DNA from: Escherichia phage ime09
DNA: 64,000 nt
Sequence record: NC_019503.1
Strand: one strand, 5' to 3'
Within the stretch, counting starts at the first letter, position 1; every line of letters begins with the position of its first letter. A program made the position numbers and the translations under genes. The notes under the pieces are model-generated. The model had not been told where the DNA came from. It was given only the letters and a program-made list of their open reading frames with translations, and made no database searches. Positions 44,062 through 54,421 of the stretch are shown piece by piece.

Positions 44062-44922
44062 TTACACCGCCATCTTTCCTTTCAATACACCGTGGGACTG
44101 ATAATCTTTGAGAACGAAATCCCGTGCTGTCATATATTCAGTTAACCAATACATTTGAGTTTCAGTATCGCATTGACTGAATCCATTAGGCCAATTAATA
44201 CTGAGTTTGCATAGATCCATAGGAGTTCTATTTAATATCTCTTTGCATTGCTCAATATGGTTAGAATAAATGTGTGTATTACCACCCGAGAATACCAAAT
44301 CGCCCGGAACTAGTTCACACATATCAGCAACAATATGTAAAAGAGCAGCATAACTCGCGATGTTAAATGGAAGACCGAGGAAAACATCTACCGAACGTTG
44401 ATACCATTGGAGGTCAAGGTATCCATTACGCACATTAAACTGATAGAACATATGACAAGGTGGTAATGCCATCTGCTTGAGTTCAGCTGGATTCCATGCC
44501 GACACAATTTGACGTCTATCATTGGGAAATGTTTTAATACGATTAACAACTTCTACAATTTGATCTACACCACCAAAATCACGCCACTGTTTTCCGTAAA
44601 TTGGACCAAGTTCACCGCTATGATAACCTAAGTCTTTGGCCTGGTTTTCGTAGTTTTCATCCCAAATTGTTTTTCCTGCAATTAAAGATCCATGAGTACG
44701 TTGACGTAAATCATTTACGTTAGTACTTCCTGATAAGAACCACAATAACTCAGAAATACATGCATTCCAGGCGAGCTTCTTAGTCGTTACTGCAGGAAAA
44801 CCTTTAGTTAAATCCCAGCGTAATTTAGTACCGAACAAAGCAATTGTTCCTGTGCCTGTTCGGTCATCAGTTTCATAGCCGTTTTCAAAAATGTCTTTAA
44901 TTAAATCTTGGTATTGTTTCAT
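44062..44922 (-). CDS. td: Thymidylate synthase, uninterrupted
   Basis: Continuous 286 aa ORF with active-site region (PPCH); no group I intron. Confidence 0.96.
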   Translation of the reverse strand: MKQYQDLIKDIFENGYETDDRTGTGTIALFGTKLRWDLTKGFPAVTTKKLAWNACISELLWFLSGSTNVNDLRQRTHGSLIAGKTIWDENYENQAKDLGYHSGELGPIYGKQWRDFGGVDQIVEVVNRIKTFPNDRRQIVSAWNPAELKQMALPPCHMFYQFNVRNGYLDLQWYQRSVDVFLGLPFNIASYAALLHIVADMCELVPGDLVFSGGNTHIYSNHIEQCKEILNRTPMDLCKLSINWPNGFSQCDTETQMYWLTEYMTARDFVLKDYQSHGVLKGKMAV

Positions 44923-44967
44923 TTAGTACCTTATATAAATTATAAATATATTTTATGAAGCTAATAA

Positions 44968-45315
44968 TCAATACGGTTTAGCATCAAATTTTCTTTCAAT
45001 TTCAGGCGTAAAATACAATTCTTTACCACGCTTGGAAAAGCGACCAATAATATGATAATTATTCTCATCAAACGTGATATTGCCAATATCCATAGCTTTC
45101 AACCAAATATCGATATTTCTGTCAAGCTTTATATCAAAATTCCAGTATTGAGAACTATTACCAAAAATAATGCAAGCGGATTCAGTGAAACAACTGCTAT
45201 AAATCTTGTCTTTAGGAACTACTAATTGATAGACGCCTTTAATAAACTGAGGACCCTGCCATTTTGGTTGTTTCGCGTCTTTTTCTAATAGAATAGGGTA
45301 ATAATTAAAATTCAT
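44968..45315 (-). CDS. Hypothetical protein, about 115 aa, between frd and td
   Basis: ORF; first ATG at 45315 (ORF track uses GTG 45327). Confidence 0.55.
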   Translation of the reverse strand: MNFNYYPILLEKDAKQPKWQGPQFIKGVYQLVVPKDKIYSSCFTESACIIFGNSSQYWNFDIKLDRNIDIWLKAMDIGNITFDENNYHIIGRFSKRGKELYFTPEIERKFDAKPY

Positions 45316-45335
45316 ATTTTCCGCCACGTGTTATT

Positions 45336-46162
<827 letters not shown>

Positions 46163-46172
46163 ATTATTTTCC

Positions 46173-46415
46173 TTAAACAGACTTTTTCACAATTTTCCAA
46201 TCAGCTTTAAACTGTTCAACATCAGAATGGTAAATCCAGAATCCTGCGCTTTCTCCATCCTCATAAAGAGGGCATCCATCACATTCATCTTCCCATCCCA
46301 TATCACGCAAAAGACGTTCAGCTTTTTCAACAAGTTCAGAATCTTTACCGATGATATTAAAATACCATTTACCTCTAACTTCTGAATCTTTAATGCTCTG
46401 ACGTTGTAATCTCAT
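46173..46415 (-). CDS. Hypothetical protein, 80 aa (frd.2 position)
   Basis: ORF with AAGGAG SD and early-type promoter. Confidence 0.6.
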   Translation of the reverse strand: MRLQRQSIKDSEVRGKWYFNIIGKDSELVEKAERLLRDMGWEDECDGCPLYEDGESAGFWIYHSDVEQFKADWKIVKKSV

Positions 46416-46438
46416 TTTATTCTCCTTAGTTGATAGGG

Positions 46439-46472
46439 TAATAGTATCACACTACTACCCTTCTGTAAACTA
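46439..46472 (-). promoter_or_regulatory. Early-type promoter TTTACA-17-TACTAT
   Basis: -35 plus 46464-46469, -10 plus 46441-46446, extended TG. Confidence 0.5.
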
Positions 46473-46850
46473 CTTTTTGAAAGTTTTTCGCAAAAGTTCA
46501 ATGATTTCATCTACATTGTTTTCGTCTACAACGCAGTGAATTTTTGTTACGCCAGAAACCTTGTCTTTGACTTCATCTTCTTCAGAAGTCGGTTCTTTAT
46601 ACTCGCGAAAACAATGAAATTCATCTTCGCAAATTTCTAAAAGTCTATCTTTGAGGTAAAAATGCTTTCCATTAGCACATTCAATATGTTTTACCGCTTT
46701 AAATCCATTAGCAAAGAAAACTTCTTTAACTTCAAACCATCCGCCATTTTCTCGAATAATTTTAACTATTGACGCGTTGGATCGTGGGCTATAATTAATA
46801 AATGTATCAATAAGTCTTGGAACAAGTTCATACTTTTTGCCAATATACAT
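46470..46850 (-). CDS. Hypothetical protein, 126 aa (frd.3 position)
   Basis: ORF, synteny. Confidence 0.6.
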   Translation of the reverse strand: MYIGKKYELVPRLIDTFINYSPRSNASIVKIIRENGGWFEVKEVFFANGFKAVKHIECANGKHFYLKDRLLEICEDEFHCFREYKEPTSEEDEVKDKVSGVTKIHCVVDENNVDEIIELLRKTFKK

Positions 46851-46870
46851 TACGTTTTCCTCATTTTAAC

Positions 46871-46887
46871 GGGGCTGTAATAGCCCC
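46871..46887 (-). terminator. Hairpin in frd.3-upstream intergenic region
   Basis: ggggct gtaat agcccc; no clear U-tract. Confidence 0.3.
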
Positions 46888-46894
46888 TTGATAA

Positions 46895-47125
46895 TTATTG
46901 TTCAATCAATCCCATATAAAATTCTGCGTCTTCAGAATCCATGCCGTCACAATACTCATTAGCCATAAAGCGGGTGAGGTCTTCAAGAGGACCTTCAATG
47001 ACAATAGAAAAATTGCAATAATTGGGATCATCGTGAATACTTGTGATACTAAGTTCAGGATAACGATTACGAATAATTTCTTCAATATATTCAAAATCAA
47101 CGATGTCAATATCAACTTTAGCCAT
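46895..47125 (-). CDS. Hypothetical acidic protein, 76 aa (ORF track extends to 47146)
   Basis: ATG 47125 has AAGAGGA SD 8 nt upstream; no nuclease motifs seen. Confidence 0.55.
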   Translation of the reverse strand: MAKVDIDIVDFEYIEEIIRNRYPELSITSIHDDPNYCNFSIVIEGPLEDLTRFMANEYCDGMDSEDAEFYMGLIEQ

Positions 47126-47229
47126 ATTATTTTCCTCTTTAATCATCAGCAGTATTGCCGATAGTTGTATAGTACCATAAAGCTTTATGCTTGTAAACCG
47201 TTTTGTGAAAAAATTTTTGAAATAAAAAA

Positions 47230-47248
47230 GGGGACCTCTAGGGTCCCC
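47230..47248 (-). terminator. Intrinsic terminator after gene 32
   Basis: Minus strand hairpin ggggaccc/gggucccc followed by UUUUUUAUUU. Confidence 0.7.
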
Positions 47249-47270
47249 AATTAATTAGTAATATAATTTA

Positions 47271-48179
47271 TTAAAGGTCATTCAAAAGGTCATCCAGGTC
47301 CGTGTCATCAGCACTAGATGAACTGCCAGAGCTTGAGCTCATAAAATCATCTTCAGTTTTTGTATTGAAGTCATCAACATTGAATGCATCCAAATCATCA
47401 GCAACTTTGTCAGCTTTCTTAGCGGCAGTTGCTGCGGCACCACCCATAGCAGCAGTTCCCATAACTTGACTGAACTTAGTGCTCAGTTCTTCAAACGATT
47501 TGAATTTATCTTTAGAAGTCATTTCAGAAAGATCAACCATTTGTTCGAACAGTTCTTTCTGGAAAGATTCATCATCAATGTTTGGAATCGCAGATTGATT
47601 CAGGAATTTAGATTCGTCGTAGTTACTAAAACCAGAAACTTGTTTAACTTTCAGTACAAAGTTAGCACCTTCCCACGGACAAGTTACATCAACCGGAGTT
47701 TCACCCATTTCAACATCAACTGCAATCATTGCATTGATTTTATCCCAGATTTTCTTACCGAAACGGTATTTAAATACTTTACCTTCATTTTCTGGAGCAG
47801 CTGGGTCTTTTACTACAAGAATGTTAGCCCAGTAAGAAGTTTTACGTTTAACAAGACCGTACTCTTTATTGTCAGTGTTGTACAAATCATTTTTACTGAT
47901 GTACTGACATACTGGACAAGAATCGTAATCACCGTGGGTAGATGAACAGTTTTCAATATACCATTTACCATTTTTCTTGAAACCGTGATTTACAAGAATT
48001 GCGAATGGTGCTTGTTCATCATTTTTAGACGGAAGAAAACGAATTACTGCTTGACCGTTACCCGCATTGTCGAGTTTCAGTTTCCACTCGCCTTTATCTT
48101 CAGAAGAAAAACCACCTTTATTTCCAGCCAGTTTAGCCATTTGTGCAGCGAGTTCAGCAGTAGATTTACGTTTAAACAT
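47271..48179 (-). CDS. 32: Single-stranded DNA-binding protein gp32
   Basis: 302 aa; acidic Ser-rich C-terminus; flanked by the known operator/pseudoknot leader and a terminator. Confidence 0.96.
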   Translation of the reverse strand: MFKRKSTAELAAQMAKLAGNKGGFSSEDKGEWKLKLDNAGNGQAVIRFLPSKNDEQAPFAILVNHGFKKNGKWYIENCSSTHGDYDSCPVCQYISKNDLYNTDNKEYGLVKRKTSYWANILVVKDPAAPENEGKVFKYRFGKKIWDKINAMIAVDVEMGETPVDVTCPWEGANFVLKVKQVSGFSNYDESKFLNQSAIPNIDDESFQKELFEQMVDLSEMTSKDKFKSFEELSTKFSQVMGTAAMGGAAATAAKKADKVADDLDAFNVDDFNTKTEDDFMSSSSGSSSSADDTDLDDLLNDL

Positions 48180-48250
48180 TTTTATTTCCTTTTTAATTTA
48201 ATTAACAGTTGGTGCTATGACGATGTATGACCTCATAGCTGGTCAGTGAG
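48180..48250 (-). promoter_or_regulatory. Gene 32 autoregulatory translational operator with 5' pseudoknot
   Basis: Minus-strand leader ...UGACCAGCUAUGAGGUCAUACAUCGUCAUAGCAC... (two interlocked stems) followed by UUAAUUAAAUUAAAAAGGAAAUAAAAAUG. Confidence 0.75.
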
Positions 48251-48262
48251 ATAATTATAATC

Positions 48263-48270
48263 TATTTATA
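48263..48270 (-). promoter_or_regulatory. Late promoter box TATAAATA upstream of gene 32 leader
   Basis: Plus TATTTATA = minus TATAAATA upstream of pseudoknot/operator. Confidence 0.5.
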
Positions 48271-48278
48271 ATAAGCAA

Positions 48279-48932
48279 TTAATACTTACAAGATTTCACA
48301 GTTTCAATAAAAATACTTTTAGCTTTCTGCGAATCAATATTTAAAATTTTTCTATAAGCCTTTAACTTTATAGAATAATTATTCCAGACTAAATTATCAG
48401 TCTGTTCATCATGTTTATCGATTATATTTAAAAACGAATCAAGCAAGATAAACGTCTCAAACGAAATTATATTCGATTGAAGTAGTTTAAAAATATAACT
48501 CGATTGAACTTTTGGATTATACTCAAAGATTTCTTTAAAAGCAGAAACTTCAACTTTTTTACTAAAATAATAAATGTTGCGAATATCTTCTTCAAACTTA
48601 AATTTAATTTGCTTTAAGCGTCCGATATATTCACGATAAAACACAAGTGCATCAGCGTCAGAGATGTCACCAATCCAAGCATCTTGGTTAGCAACCAGAT
48701 TGCTTATAAAGATTAAAGCAAGTTCCTTTAATTTATATTTTTCTGATAACTTCTGGAAAAAATACTTATCCCTTCGCTTTTGATAAGCGGCATCAGACAC
48801 CCGCATGCACCAATTATACTTAATTACATCATACTTTCCATTCATATGTTGTTTTATCATTAAGTATAATTTATAAACTGATTTACCATCAATGTATCTT
48901 TCACCACCAGCAGGCATGCGGAGTTTAATCAT
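48279..48932 (-). CDS. 59: gp59 helicase loader
   Basis: 217 aa as T4 gp59. Confidence 0.93.
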   Translation of the reverse strand: MIKLRMPAGGERYIDGKSVYKLYLMIKQHMNGKYDVIKYNWCMRVSDAAYQKRRDKYFFQKLSEKYKLKELALIFISNLVANQDAWIGDISDADALVFYREYIGRLKQIKFKFEEDIRNIYYFSKKVEVSAFKEIFEYNPKVQSSYIFKLLQSNIISFETFILLDSFLNIIDKHDEQTDNLVWNNYSIKLKAYRKILNIDSQKAKSIFIETVKSCKY

Positions 48933-49267
48933 AGTAGAAAATCTAATGTATTAGTTTTTTCACAACGAACAACAGAAGGACGTAAAAGATTTTCGTCGAT
49001 AGCTTCTGACTGAATTTTTTCAATTATACCCGAAGGAATAAATTTAGCAAATTGAGTTTCAGGAATAGAATTTTCTTCTAAGAATGCTGTTGTAGCTTCA
49101 AGATAACTCATTCCAAACTCTTCTACCATTTTTTCAATAATAAATCCATTTTCTTGGCGATCGAGAAGCTTTGCAATTTCATCTTTTTCTTTCTTAATTG
49201 AAAGTTCTTTTTCTGAAAGACCGGTCTCATCGACCGGACGAATATCATTTAGAGAAAACTGTGTCAT
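48929..49267 (-). CDS. 33: gp33 late transcription co-activator
   Basis: 112 aa from ATG 49267 (ORF track starts at TTG 49276); begins MTQFSLNDI. Confidence 0.88.
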   Translation of the reverse strand: MTQFSLNDIRPVDETGLSEKELSIKKEKDEIAKLLDRQENGFIIEKMVEEFGMSYLEATTAFLEENSIPETQFAKFIPSGIIEKIQSEAIDENLLRPSVVRCEKTNTLDFLL

Positions 49268-49514
49268 AAAGTTCAACTACCTCTTCAGTTTCAGCTTCAA
49301 ACACATCACGGTTATCTTTATGATACAAAGCTAACAGACGATTAAACATCTTACCATCAACGCCAAGTTCATCTTTGGCACGAATTCGAATATCTTTAAT
49401 CAATTCATTATAACCAGAAATTTTCAGTTTATGATCAGATGCTTCTTTAATAAATTTAGCCAAGTCTTCGCCATGAATAGCTTCATCAAATTCAACCATT
49501 TCTTTTTTAGCCAT
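49245..49514 (-). CDS. dsbA: DsbA double-stranded DNA-binding protein
   Basis: 89 aa as T4 DsbA. Confidence 0.88.
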   Translation of the reverse strand: MAKKEMVEFDEAIHGEDLAKFIKEASDHKLKISGYNELIKDIRIRAKDELGVDGKMFNRLLALYHKDNRDVFEAETEEVVELYDTVFSK

Positions 49515-49522
49515 TATTCACC

Positions 49523-50439
49523 TCAAAATTCATTAATGCTATTAGTTAATTTAGAAAGACCCGCTTTTACAAAATATGAATAAATTTTGCCACGCGGTGG
49601 TAATTTATATGAATTATAGTAATTCACAATGTTTGAAGCAATATTATCAGGAATATAATCAAAATCAATTAGAACTAAATTTTCTTTATATCGATTATAT
49701 TCAGATTCAGTGAGAAGCACCTTAGCTTGCTCACGGTCATTAGCAATAGCTTCAACAATAGATGTTTTCATTGAAGGAGTTCGTTCACCTTCAACTCTAG
49801 TAAACCAAAAGTCAGACCGTACTTTAACTGAAGCAACGTTATCCTTTTTGTCACCTTTAAGGATTTTAGTCATACAGTCAATTTCAGCAGAACCGCTTTT
49901 AATTTTAACCCATTTCTTGTGCATCGGTGACCATTGCTTAACATTTGGGTATTTGTGAAGTTGAGTAAAGTCACCATCAGATGAAATGATTAAAATCTTA
50001 TGTCCTTCTAAAGAGAACTTTTTAACAAGAACAGCAATATGGTCATCTGCTTCATACTTATCAATATCCATAACAATGTATGGCATATAAGCTTTCAATT
50101 CATCTATGACTTTATGACTGGATTCAAAATAACCTTCCCAGTCCCAAGTAGATTCTTCTCGTGCTTTTCCACGGTTTTTCTTATAATAATAAGCGAAATC
50201 ACGACGCCAGTATCCAGATTTCGCATTATCAATACACAGTACAATTTTAGTGTATCCAAGAGCTTTTGCTTTTTTGACATTAAACTTAATTGAGTTCAAT
50301 ATCAAATGACGAACCATTGATAAATTAATTTTTCTTTATCTGGAAAGTTTACCAAAGCAGTTGAAAGAGCAATTTGACTAAAGTCAATTAAGCAGATTCC
50401 TTCTTTGTAATCTTCATCCAGCATCATTTCTAAATCCAT
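49523..50439 (-). CDS. rnh: RNase H (FEN-1 family 5'-3' exonuclease), reading frame broken by an apparent 1-nt deletion
   Basis: ATG 50439 with GAGG SD and TTTACT-17-TATAAT promoter opens a 45-codon frame (MDLEMMLDEDYKEG...DKEK) that stops at 50302-50304; the 264 aa remainder (49523-50317) is in another frame; junction is an A5 run (plus T5 at 50329-50333). Confidence 0.8.
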
Positions 50440-50466
50440 ATGAACCTCGTTCAATTAGTGAGATTT

Positions 50467-50499
50467 CTATTATATACCATCCGAATCTTAAAGTAAACA
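50467..50499 (-). promoter_or_regulatory. Early promoter of rnh, TTTACT-17-TATAAT
   Basis: -35 plus 50492-50497, -10 plus 50469-50474. Confidence 0.5.
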
Positions 50500-50501
50500 A
50501 G

Positions 50502-50509
50502 TATAAATA
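50502..50509 (+). promoter_or_regulatory. Late promoter box TATAAATA for gene 34
   Basis: Exact TATAAATA 34 nt upstream of ATG 50544. Confidence 0.55.
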
Positions 50510-50543
50510 CTTATTATTGAAAACACAATAGGAGCCCGGGAGA

Positions 50544-53500
50544 ATGGCCGAGATTAAAAGAAAGTTCAGAGCAGAAGATGGTCTGGACGCAGGTGGCGAT
50601 AAAATAATCAACGTAGCTTTAGCTGATCGTGCCGTAGGAACTGACGGTGTTAACGTTGATTACCTAATTCAAGAAAACACAGTTCAACAATACGATCCAA
50701 CTCGTGGATATTTAAAAGATTTTGTAATCATTTATGATAACCGCTTTTGGGCTGCTATAAATGATATTCCAAAACCGGCAGGAGCTTTTAATAGCGGACG
50801 CTGGAGAGCATTACGTACCGATGCTAACTGGATTACAGTCTCATCTGGTTCATATCAATTAAAATCTGGTGAAGCTATTTCGGTTAACACTGCAGCTGGT
50901 AATGATATTACATTTACTTTACCATCTACTCCAATTGACGGTGATACTATCGTTCTCCAAGACATTGGAGGAAAACCTGGAGTTAACCAAGTTTTAATTG
51001 TAGCTCCAGTGCAAAGTATTGTAAACTTCAGAGGCGAGCAAGTACGTTCAGTACTAATGACTCATCCAAAGTCACAGTTAGTTTTAATTTTTAGTAATCG
51101 TCTGTGGCAAATGTATGTAGCTGATTATAGTAGAGAAGCTGTAGTTGTAACACCAGCGAATACTTATCAAGCACAATCCAACGATTTTATCGTACGTAGA
51201 TTTACTTCTGCTGCACCGATAAATATTAAACTTCCGAGATTTGCTAATCACGGCGATATTATTAATTTCGTCGATTTGGATAAATTAAACCCTCTTTATC
51301 ATACAATTGTTACTACATATGATGAAACGACATCAGTGCAAGAAGATGGAACTCATTCCATTGAAGGCCGTACATCGATTGACGGTTTCTTGATGTATGA
51401 TGATAATGAGAAATTATGGAGATTATTTGACGGGGACAGTAAAGCACGTTTACGTATCATAACAACTAATTCAAACATTCGTCCAAATGAAGAAGTTATG
51501 GTATTTGGTGCGAATAACGGAACAACTCAAACGATTGAGCTTCAGCTTCCAACTAATATTTCTGTTGGTGATACTGTTAAAATTTCCATGAATTACATGA
51601 GAAAAGGACAAACAGTTAAAATCAAAGCTGCCGGTGAAGATAAAATTGCTTCTTCAGTTCAATTGCTGCAATTCCCAAAACGTTCAGAGTATCCACCTGA
51701 AGCTGAATGGGTGACTGTTCAAGAATTAGTTTTTAACGGTGAAACTAATTATGTTCCAGTTTTACAACTTGCTTATATAGAAGATTCTGACGGAAAATAC
51801 TGGGTTGTACAACAAAACGTTCCAACCGTAGAAAGAGTTGATTCTTTAAACGATTCTACTAGAGCAAGATTAGGCGTAATTGCTTTAGCTACACAAGCGC
51901 AAGCTAATGTCGATTTAGAAAATTCTCCACAAAAAGAATTAGCAATTACTCCAGAAACATTAGCTAACCGTACTGCTACAGAAACTCGTAGAGGTATCGC
52001 AAGAATAGCAACCACTGCTCAAGTGAATCAGAACACCACATTCTCTTTTGCTGATGATATTATCATTACACCTAAAAAGCTGAATGAAAGAACTGCTACA
52101 GAAACTCGTAGAGGTGTTGCTGAAATTGCTACGCAACAGGAAACTAATGCAGGTACTGATGATACTACAATCATCACTCCTAAAAAGCTTCAAGCTCGAC
52201 AAGGTTCTGAATCATTATCTGGTATTGTAACCTTTGTATCTACTGCAGGAGCTACTCCAGCTTCTAGTCGTGAATTAAATGGTACAAACGTTTATAATAA
52301 AAACACTAATAATTTAGTTGTTTCGCCTAAAGCTCTGGATCAGTATAAAGCTACTCCAACACAACAAGGTGCAGTAATTTTAGCAGTTGAAAGTGAAGTA
52401 ATTGCTGGACAGAGCCAAGAAGGATGGGCAAATGCGGTTGTAACGCCAGAAACGTTACATAAAAAGACATCAACTGATGGAAGAATTGGTTTAATTGAAA
52501 TTGCTACGCAAAGTGAAGTTAATACAGGAACTGATTATACTCGTGCAGTCACTCCTAAAACTTTAAATGACCGTAAAGCAACTGAAAGTTTAAGTGGTAT
52601 AGCTGAAATTGCTACACAAGTTGAATTCGACGCAGGCGTCGACGATACTCGTATCTCTACACCATTAAAAATTAAAACTAGATTTGATAGTACTGATCGT
52701 ACTTCTGTTGTTGCTCTATCTGGATTAGTTGAATCAGGAACTCTCTGGGACCATTATACCCTTAATATTCTTGAAGCAAATGAGACACAGCGTGGTACAC
52801 TTCGTGTAGCTACACAGGTTGAAGCTGCTGCAGGAACATTAGATAATGTTTTAATAACTCCTAAAAAGCTTTTAGGTACTAAATCTACTGAAGCACAGGA
52901 AGGCGTTATTAAAGTTGCAACTCAGTCTGAAACTGTGACTGGAACGTCAGCAAATACTGCTGTATCTCCAAAAAATTTAAAATGGATTGTGCAGAGTGAA
53001 CCTACTTGGGCAGCTACTACTGCGATAAGAGGCTTTGTTAAAACTTCATCCGGTTCAATTACATTCGTTGGTAATGATACAGTTGGTTCAACACAGTCGT
53101 TAGAATTATACGAGAAAAATAGCTATGCAGTATCACCATATGAATTAAACCGTGTATTAGCAAATTATTTGCCATTAAAAGCAAAAGCTGCTGATACAAA
53201 TTTATTGGATGGTCTAGATTCATCTCAGTTCATTCGTAGGGATATTGCACAGACAGTTAATGGTTCACTAACCTTAACCCAACAAACGAATCTGAGTGCC
53301 CCTCTTGTATCATCTAGTACTGCTACGTTTGGTGGATCAGTTTCGGCAAACAGCACATTAACTATTTCTAATACTGGAACGGCAACTCGTCTGATTTTTG
53401 AGAAAGGACCTCAAACTGGAACTAACCCAGTACAGACGATGACTATCAGAGTTTGGGGAAATCAGTACGGTGGCGGTTCAGATACAACACGTTCTACTGT

Positions 53501-54413
53501 ATTTGAAGTTGGTGATGAAACGTCTAATCACTTTTATTCTCAACGTAATAAAGCTGGGAATATAACGTTTAGTATCAATGGTACTGTAATGCCAATAAAT
53601 GTTAATGCTTCGGGTTCTTTGAATGCGAACGGCGTTGCAACATTTGGTAGTTCAGTTACTGCTAATGGTGAATTCATCAGCAAGTCTGCAAATGCTTTCA
53701 GAGCAATAAATGGCGACTATGGATTCTTTATTCGCAATGATGCTGCTAACACCTATTTTATGCTTACTGCATCGGGTGATCAGACTGGCGGATTTAATGG
53801 ATTACGTCCTTTAGCTATTAATAATGCATCCGGTCAAGTAACGATTGGTGAAAGCTTAATCATTGCCAAAGGTGCTACTATAAATTCAGGTGGTTTAACT
53901 GTTAACTCGAGAATTCGTTCTCAGGGTACTAAAACATCTGACTTATATACCCGTGCGCCGACATCTGATACTGTAGGATTCTGGTCAATTGACATTAATG
54001 ATTCAGCCACTTATAATCAGTTCCCAGGTTATTTTAAAATGGTTGAAAAAACTAATGAAGTGACTGGACTTCCATACTTAGAACGTGGCGAAGAAGTTAA
54101 ATCTCCTGGTACATTGACTCAGTTTGGTAATACACTTGATTCGCTTTACCAAGATTGGATTACTTATCCAACGACTCCAGAAGCACGTACCACTCGCTGG
54201 ACCCGTACATGGCAGAAAACCAAAAACTCTTGGTCGAGTTTTGTTCAGGTATTTGATGGAGGTAACCCTCCTCAGCCGTCTGATATCGGTGCTTTACCAT
54301 CTGATAATGCTACAATGGGGAATCTTACTATTCGTGATTTCTTACGAATTGGCAATGTTCGCATTATTCCTGACCCAGTGAATAAATCTGTTAAATTTGA
54401 ATGGATTGAATAA
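50544..54413 (+). CDS. 34: Long tail fiber proximal subunit gp34
   Basis: 1289 aa as T4 gp34; internal repeated motifs; TATAAATA at 50502-50509. Confidence 0.95.
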   Translation: MAEIKRKFRAEDGLDAGGDKIINVALADRAVGTDGVNVDYLIQENTVQQYDPTRGYLKDFVIIYDNRFWAAINDIPKPAGAFNSGRWRALRTDANWITVSSGSYQLKSGEAISVNTAAGNDITFTLPSTPIDGDTIVLQDIGGKPGVNQVLIVAPVQSIVNFRGEQVRSVLMTHPKSQLVLIFSNRLWQMYVADYSREAVVVTPANTYQAQSNDFIVRRFTSAAPINIKLPRFANHGDIINFVDLDKLNPLYHTIVTTYDETTSVQEDGTHSIEGRTSIDGFLMYDDNEKLWRLFDGDSKARLRIITTNSNIRPNEEVMVFGANNGTTQTIELQLPTNISVGDTVKISMNYMRKGQTVKIKAAGEDKIASSVQLLQFPKRSEYPPEAEWVTVQELVFNGETNYVPVLQLAYIEDSDGKYWVVQQNVPTVERVDSLNDSTRARLGVIALATQAQANVDLENSPQKELAITPETLANRTATETRRGIARIATTAQVNQNTTFSFADDIIITPKKLNERTATETRRGVAEIATQQETNAGTDDTTIITPKKLQARQGSESLSGIVTFVSTAGATPASSRELNGTNVYNKNTNNLVVSPKALDQYKATPTQQGAVILAVESEVIAGQSQEGWANAVVTPETLHKKTSTDGRIGLIEIATQSEVNTGTDYTRAVTPKTLNDRKATESLSGIAEIATQVEFDAGVDDTRISTPLKIKTRFDSTDRTSVVALSGLVESGTLWDHYTLNILEANETQRGTLRVATQVEAAAGTLDNVLITPKKLLGTKSTEAQEGVIKVATQSETVTGTSANTAVSPKNLKWIVQSEPTWAATTAIRGFVKTSSGSITFVGNDTVGSTQSLELYEKNSYAVSPYELNRVLANYLPLKAKAADTNLLDGLDSSQFIRRDIAQTVNGSLTLTQQTNLSAPLVSSSTATFGGSVSANSTLTISNTGTATRLIFEKGPQTGTNPVQTMTIRVWGNQYGGGSDTTRSTVFEVGDETSNHFYSQRNKAGNITFSINGTVMPINVNASGSLNANGVATFGSSVTANGEFISKSANAFRAINGDYGFFIRNDAANTYFMLTASGDQTGGFNGLRPLAINNASGQVTIGESLIIAKGATINSGGLTVNSRIRSQGTKTSDLYTRAPTSDTVGFWSIDINDSATYNQFPGYFKMVEKTNEVTGLPYLERGEEVKSPGTLTQFGNTLDSLYQDWITYPTTPEARTTRWTRTWQKTKNSWSSFVQVFDGGNPPQPSDIGALPSDNATMGNLTIRDFLRIGNVRIIPDPVNKSVKFEWIE

Positions 54414-54421
54414 GAGGTATT

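Noticed and set aside
50266-50300. TGCTT and TTGACA motifs on plus strand inside rnh as a possible ori(34)-type middle promoter
   Set aside because: MotA box is imperfect (TGCTTTT) and no properly spaced -10 element; could not support it from sequence alone
50414-50611. 65 aa minus-strand ORF spanning the rnh/gene 34 divergent region
   Set aside because: Overlaps the gene 34 start and late promoter and the rnh start; the real minus-strand start is the rnh ATG at 50439
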